A stretch of 64,000 nt of DNA, from the NCBI RefSeq assembly GCF_006345805.1, contig NC_043011.1, positions 24,006,464-24,070,463 on the forward strand, written 5' to 3'. Positions within the stretch are counted from its first letter, which is position 1. Every line of letters begins with the position of its first letter. Positions 58,881 through 64,000 of this stretch are shown here, one piece after another. Both the position numbers and the translations under genes were made by a program. This stretch comes from Octopus sinensis. Its lineage: Eukaryota. Under the pieces are notes generated by a model. The model did no database searches, was not told the origin of the DNA, and was given only the letters and a program-made list of their open reading frames with translations.

Positions 58881-61800
58881 CTGAAAATACATATTTGATG
58901 CTAGCACAAAACCATAAGCTAAACATAAAAATATTGGAGACTTATGTGCTAGTATAACAAAATTTCTATAAAATACACCAATGATCATTTAACAGCAAAA
59001 TTAATTATAAATTAAAAGCACACAGAAAATCTTAAAATCATTATAAGGAAGTGGATTTAAGATAATTGAAAATGAATCTATGACCTGAATAACAAGTAAA
59101 GCAAAACAGACTACTTGTAATTTGATATTGCAGTTCTAATTAAAAAAAAATAATAATTACATATCAAAGCCTAAACATCTAGATATTTTTTTAATCCCTT
59201 TTCATTTGAAATTTTAAAATATTTACGAATATTCTACATGGTATATTTTTTTTTTAGATGTTGCAGATTAGACAAAATTAATTTTTCATAAAATATTATA
59301 GGCAGAAAACCTAGCTAAAATGTTTGCAACAATGTCCACTGTACCTAAAGATGCCCAAGGGTAGGTGGTGGTATTGAACCAGGTATCAGATTAACCCTAA
59401 CACATACATATTGTATGTGTGTGTACACACACACACACACACACACACACAAAGGTGCAGGTGTGTACATAAAAATGCTACTTCAAAATAGATGGAAAGA
59501 CAGGTTAACTTTGCCTTCCTTAGTATTACCTATACAGAAAAACCAAGTAGGAATTAAACTGGGACACCATATTTTCTTTTTCTAACTTCAATCATTGGAT
59601 TGTGGTCATCTTGGGGCACTGCTTTCAAGAGTTATTATTTATCAGAAAGACTTAGGTACTTATTTTATGGCTACACATTTGTTCAGATGCCAAGCAATAT
59701 TTTTAACCATCCTGTTTTTACACCAACACAAACATACCTGTCACAACACTGAATTATAATTGTCTATAATTATTTGTCAAACCTTTCTTCTGAGTTATAC
59801 TTCAATTTAGAAAAACTGAGATGCATTCAGAGGAGTCCATATGAGGCATGTGTGCATATATGTGTGTGTGTGTCATACACACACACACACACAATGGGCT
59901 TTTCTACAGTTTCTGTCTACCAAATTTCACTCAGGTTAATATTCAACACAAAACCACATATTTACAATACAAACTTATTAATCACACAACTATACCTCTG
60001 CACACACACACACACATATATCTTGGTATCTCAGGTAAGAAAAAAAAACTATTTTGGAAATATCTGTTTAAATTTTAATTTGATATATCTGTTATCAGCA
60101 TGTAGCCACCTGTTTTGCGTTTGTGGGTTTGGATTAACTTGGTTTGACTAACCAGATTAGTACTGACAGAAATTAAAGCTATTCCAAGTTAATACTATTA
60201 CTAGATTACCATCCATCAATAATTAGAAAATAGTTTTGCATATGTTTCTGTATAATAGGTTTAGTTAGATGTTTATAAAATGGGAAATAACCCTGAATGA
60301 GATATTGAAAATTTTAATAGAAATTAATTCTCTGCAGCTGAAGAGAAGGAAAAAAAAAAAGAAAAACATGTCAAGAGATGATTTTATAGTGCACAGTTTC
60401 TAGAATGAGCTGAATATTTGTGTGTGAAAGAAATAGAAGTATTGAAACAGACTTCAGAAGGAAAGTGTATGATATCAGTAAAAATAAAAAGTGGACAATA
60501 ATTGTAGAGATATTGTACATAAGAATATTTACTTGTTTAAAAAAACTAACAGGGAATAAATCTACATACTTCAACACAATGTACAAATAGAAGTTAAATA
60601 ATAAATGAAGACAGTATGGATGTGAATGTACTTTATAAATAGTCACAGTTTTTTGCTTCTTATTTTTGTATTTAAGAAACTGGGTCGATCAAAGACTGAA
60701 TAGGAAATAAGTCTCATCCAAAGGATAATGCAGCATGTGTAAAACATTGTTGCTGTCAGATGCAGAATGCTGATATACATCTATAGATAGCTTAAAGAGG
60801 AAAGCAATAAGAAAAAAACAGAAACAGAGAAAAAGAAAAGAAAAGAAAAAGAAGTCTTGCAGCAATAGAAGCATTAGCAGACCCTGCCCTCCCAGACATT
60901 CCCCTAGTTTATATGTTTAGTTTCTCATTCAGATGTCTTCATATTGATCAATACAACAAAATCAGCCAAGGAAGCAAGAAATTACATAAAAAGAACAAAA
61001 TAAATGACAGTATATTTTTTAGAATAAAATTGTATATAATCATATATCAAGTGGCAAAACCAATTCTATGTATTGGGCTTTATTGATGACTGGTTTTGTA
61101 TAAGCAGCATAAGACACAAAAAAAACAAACTTGTTGTACAGACATGGCCGACTCATGGCAGCACAGAGAAGAAAGAAATGTTAAAATGATAAACAAATAA
61201 CATTTTATTTTTACCTATATAAATTGCATGGTTATACATATCACCCACAAATTAAAATATTCATTGAACATTTCAAGTCAAAATAATGAAAAAAAAATTA
61301 TAGACCACTGGTCATTAATAGAGATGTTAATGCTAATAATAATTTTTCAGTATTAAGTTTTTAGTAAGATTTACAGCTAAATATCATTTACATGTTGGAA
61401 TGAATGGGTTAAACTATTTGTTCTTGAAAACTAACAATTGCAATAATTAAGAACAAGATATGCAATCTACAAAAAAAAAAAAGAAAAAAGATGTGCTGAC
61501 ATTTGTTAACAGTAAAATCTAATGACAATATAGCTAATTAAGCTTAAAGATAATATTTTTCTTTAAAAACTACACAAAATTGCACCAAGTAAACAGCAAA
61601 GTCAACAGTAGAGTATTTAGTTTTGACTCAACATTCTACATTCAAATTCTATCCAAACTAACATAGCCTTTCATCTTCCAGAGTTGATAAATCGTATAAC
61701 ATAGTTGATTCAACTGTCAAGACATTTCCTTACAAGTGTGTGGACTCATGCCAATATAACAACCCAATATGCAAACTAGTTAGTTAAAAGCTAAGAAAGG

Positions 61801-64000
61801 TAGTGAGTGAGCGTTACAGAAAGTGTACCAGTATGTGTGAAAATGTGTCAGCATGCAGGTAAATATGCTGGCACGTGTAAATGCACAACTGTGCATATAG
61901 ATGTGCCAGCAAGAGAATGTGTCTATGTAGCTGAGTCCAAGTGCATGTATGCATGCCAAAGTGCAAAGGTCTGTGTGTGTATTCAGGCTAAAGTGTGGAT
62001 GTATGTGTGTGTACACCAGAGTGTGAATATGAGCACGTATGACAGAGTACTTGCAAGAGTGTGAATGGGAGTGATCTTGGAAGTGTAACAAAGCTAGTTG
62101 AACAGAAATAATTAAAGACAGACTGTACATATTGCCCATTTGTGAAGTGCATCCTCCCTGCTTTCTCAATCATTATCGTAATAATCTTTACTCATCTTCT
62201 GAACTTTCTAACAACATAGCACCTCCAATCAAACATACATTCTCCTGTCACCCCACTGATTATGCATTAAGCACTTCACTCACAAACCTTCTCTGCAATA
62301 CTCTCCCCATGCTTATTTTCTCTTCTTTCAATCATTGACAACTAAAGATCCAAAACGAACATTAACTAGTAGGAACTGGAAAAGCTATAGAGCGCATCAC
62401 AAACCAATTTCCATGTCTAAATAAGAAAATAAACAAACAAGACTATATAGGTAAAACTACATAAGAAAATATTTGATGTGAGAAAAAATAAACAAACAAG
62501 CAAACATAAAACAAAGACAGATGACACTGCATTAGTAAAACTATATATATATATATGGCTGAAAGGAATTTTAAAGAGTAAATGACAGTAAAAGACATAT
62601 GCAATACTGAATGACTAAAATATTAATATTTTGAATTGCATTCCAAATCAGTCATTAGCTTGTCTTGTCTCAGTTTTTGTTTTAGTTATTCTGAGCAGAT
62701 CAAAGCTGAATGAATTATTCAAATCTATGATAAAATAAATAAATGCAAGTAGCAAAGTATGAAAAAAAAAATAGTTAATTGCATAATATGTGCAATATCT
62801 TTACATAAACAGTGAGTAAATATTGGTATACTTACAAAACATAACAGAGCTAAGCTTAGTAGTGATGCAGACAACTGATTAATCCAAGTATATTATTGGT
62901 TATTCTTTATTTTATTTTTTTGTCTAGAAAGAATGACAAAATCAAACACCTTGCAGAATTTGAACTCATAAGCGAGAAAGAGAAAGAGAGCCCAAAAATA
63001 ATTTTACATTTTTTTTTATTTAGAGCATATACTGTCTTAGCTACTTGCAAATTAAATGTTGGCTTCAAATTTTGCCACAAGGCCAGAAATTTTGAGGGAG
63101 GGAGAAAGTCGATTTTATCAACCCCAGTGCTCAACTGGTACTTATTTTATATACCCCAAAAGGAATGAAAGCTAAAATCAACCTTGGTAGAATTTGAACT
63201 CAGAATGTAAAGATGGACAAAAATGCTACTAAGCATTTTGCCTAGTGCACAAATGATTCTACCAGTTTACTGCCTTACTTGCAAATTAAATATAAGATTA
63301 AAATTAAATATTCTAAACTTCATGAATGACTCCACATTTTCTGCCACAAAAAACAAAATGACCTACAAACAAACAACTCTATGGAGTCTTGAAAAAATAA
63401 TAAACAAACAAAAAACAAAACATTATTTCAAAGATAACTGGTCAAAGTTACCATTAAAATTATAATTACTAGAAACAGAACATGGCAAAAGACCAGCTTT
63501 ATCACTTTACTGATTAAGATAGACAAGTTTTAGTCACTGACTTTTAAGCGATAAAGATGACATGCTATCTATTGTTCTAAATAACTACATGTATAGCTAA
63601 TAACCATAATGAGTCACAATCCAATGTAAGAACCCCTATACAGTCACTCAACCTACAAAAAATAGCAGTCAAATCTCATCCTACCATCTTAAAAAAGGAG
63701 GACACATTGGATAATCTTGTCACAAGTGAAAAAAATTTGGCGGAGGGGTGGGGGTGGAATGAGCCATTTATGACTGGAATGATTGATCATAGATCTGCTG
63801 AATCAGGGCTGATTTGGGGTTAAACAACTCTAAAGAAAGAACTTGTACATTATCACTCAACCAATTAGAAATAGGAAGTAAAATCTATTGACACTTAACT
63901 ATCATAAAATGGAAAGATACACTAGAAAATGTAGTCCTGATATATAAAAAGACAGTCTTGGTTGAACCAACTTTGAACACAAAACTACTTTATCAATATT

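Noticed and set aside
60660-60800. Exon-like segment MYISILHLTATMFYTCCIILWMRLISYSVFDRPSFLNTKI*
   Set aside because: Good acceptor but no convincing in-frame donor before the stop, so it could not be linked to other exons.
1-64000. CRISPR arrays, rRNA or intact tRNA genes, prokaryotic systems
   Set aside because: None seen; the tRNA-like A/B boxes belong to decayed SINE heads, and the sequence is eukaryotic with spliceosomal introns.

Overview
AT-rich, microsatellite-dense animal genomic DNA; the repeat content resembles an octopus/cephalopod genome (inference). The main feature is a minus-strand, 14-coding-exon SLC6/NSS-family gene (CDS 52046->18255, 1800 nt, 599 aa), which I assembled by hand with a consistent reading phase at all 13 GT-AG junctions. 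It keeps the SLC6 exon architecture, 12-TM layout and EL2 C-x8-C, but has lost essentially all canonical Na+/Cl-/substrate-site motifs, so it looks like a 'pseudotransporter'. It also has a PSAP/YxxPhi C-tail and a candidate 9-nt microexon. The first ~12 kb is a mobile-element pile-up in (TA)n tracts: Penelope-like (PLE) fragments with type I hammerhead ribozymes (two identical, core-intact copies 1337 nt apart in a tandem duplication), non-autonomous Helitrons (one head-to-tail dimer), Tc1 elements, a solo LTR and a 224-bp fold-back palindrome. Introns carry LINE (Tx1/L1, RTE), MITE and SINE relics. Two exon-like segments at 57.3-58.9 kb may belong to a neighbouring gene or to the 5' UTR. Most ORFs in the supplied track are microsatellite or antisense artefacts.
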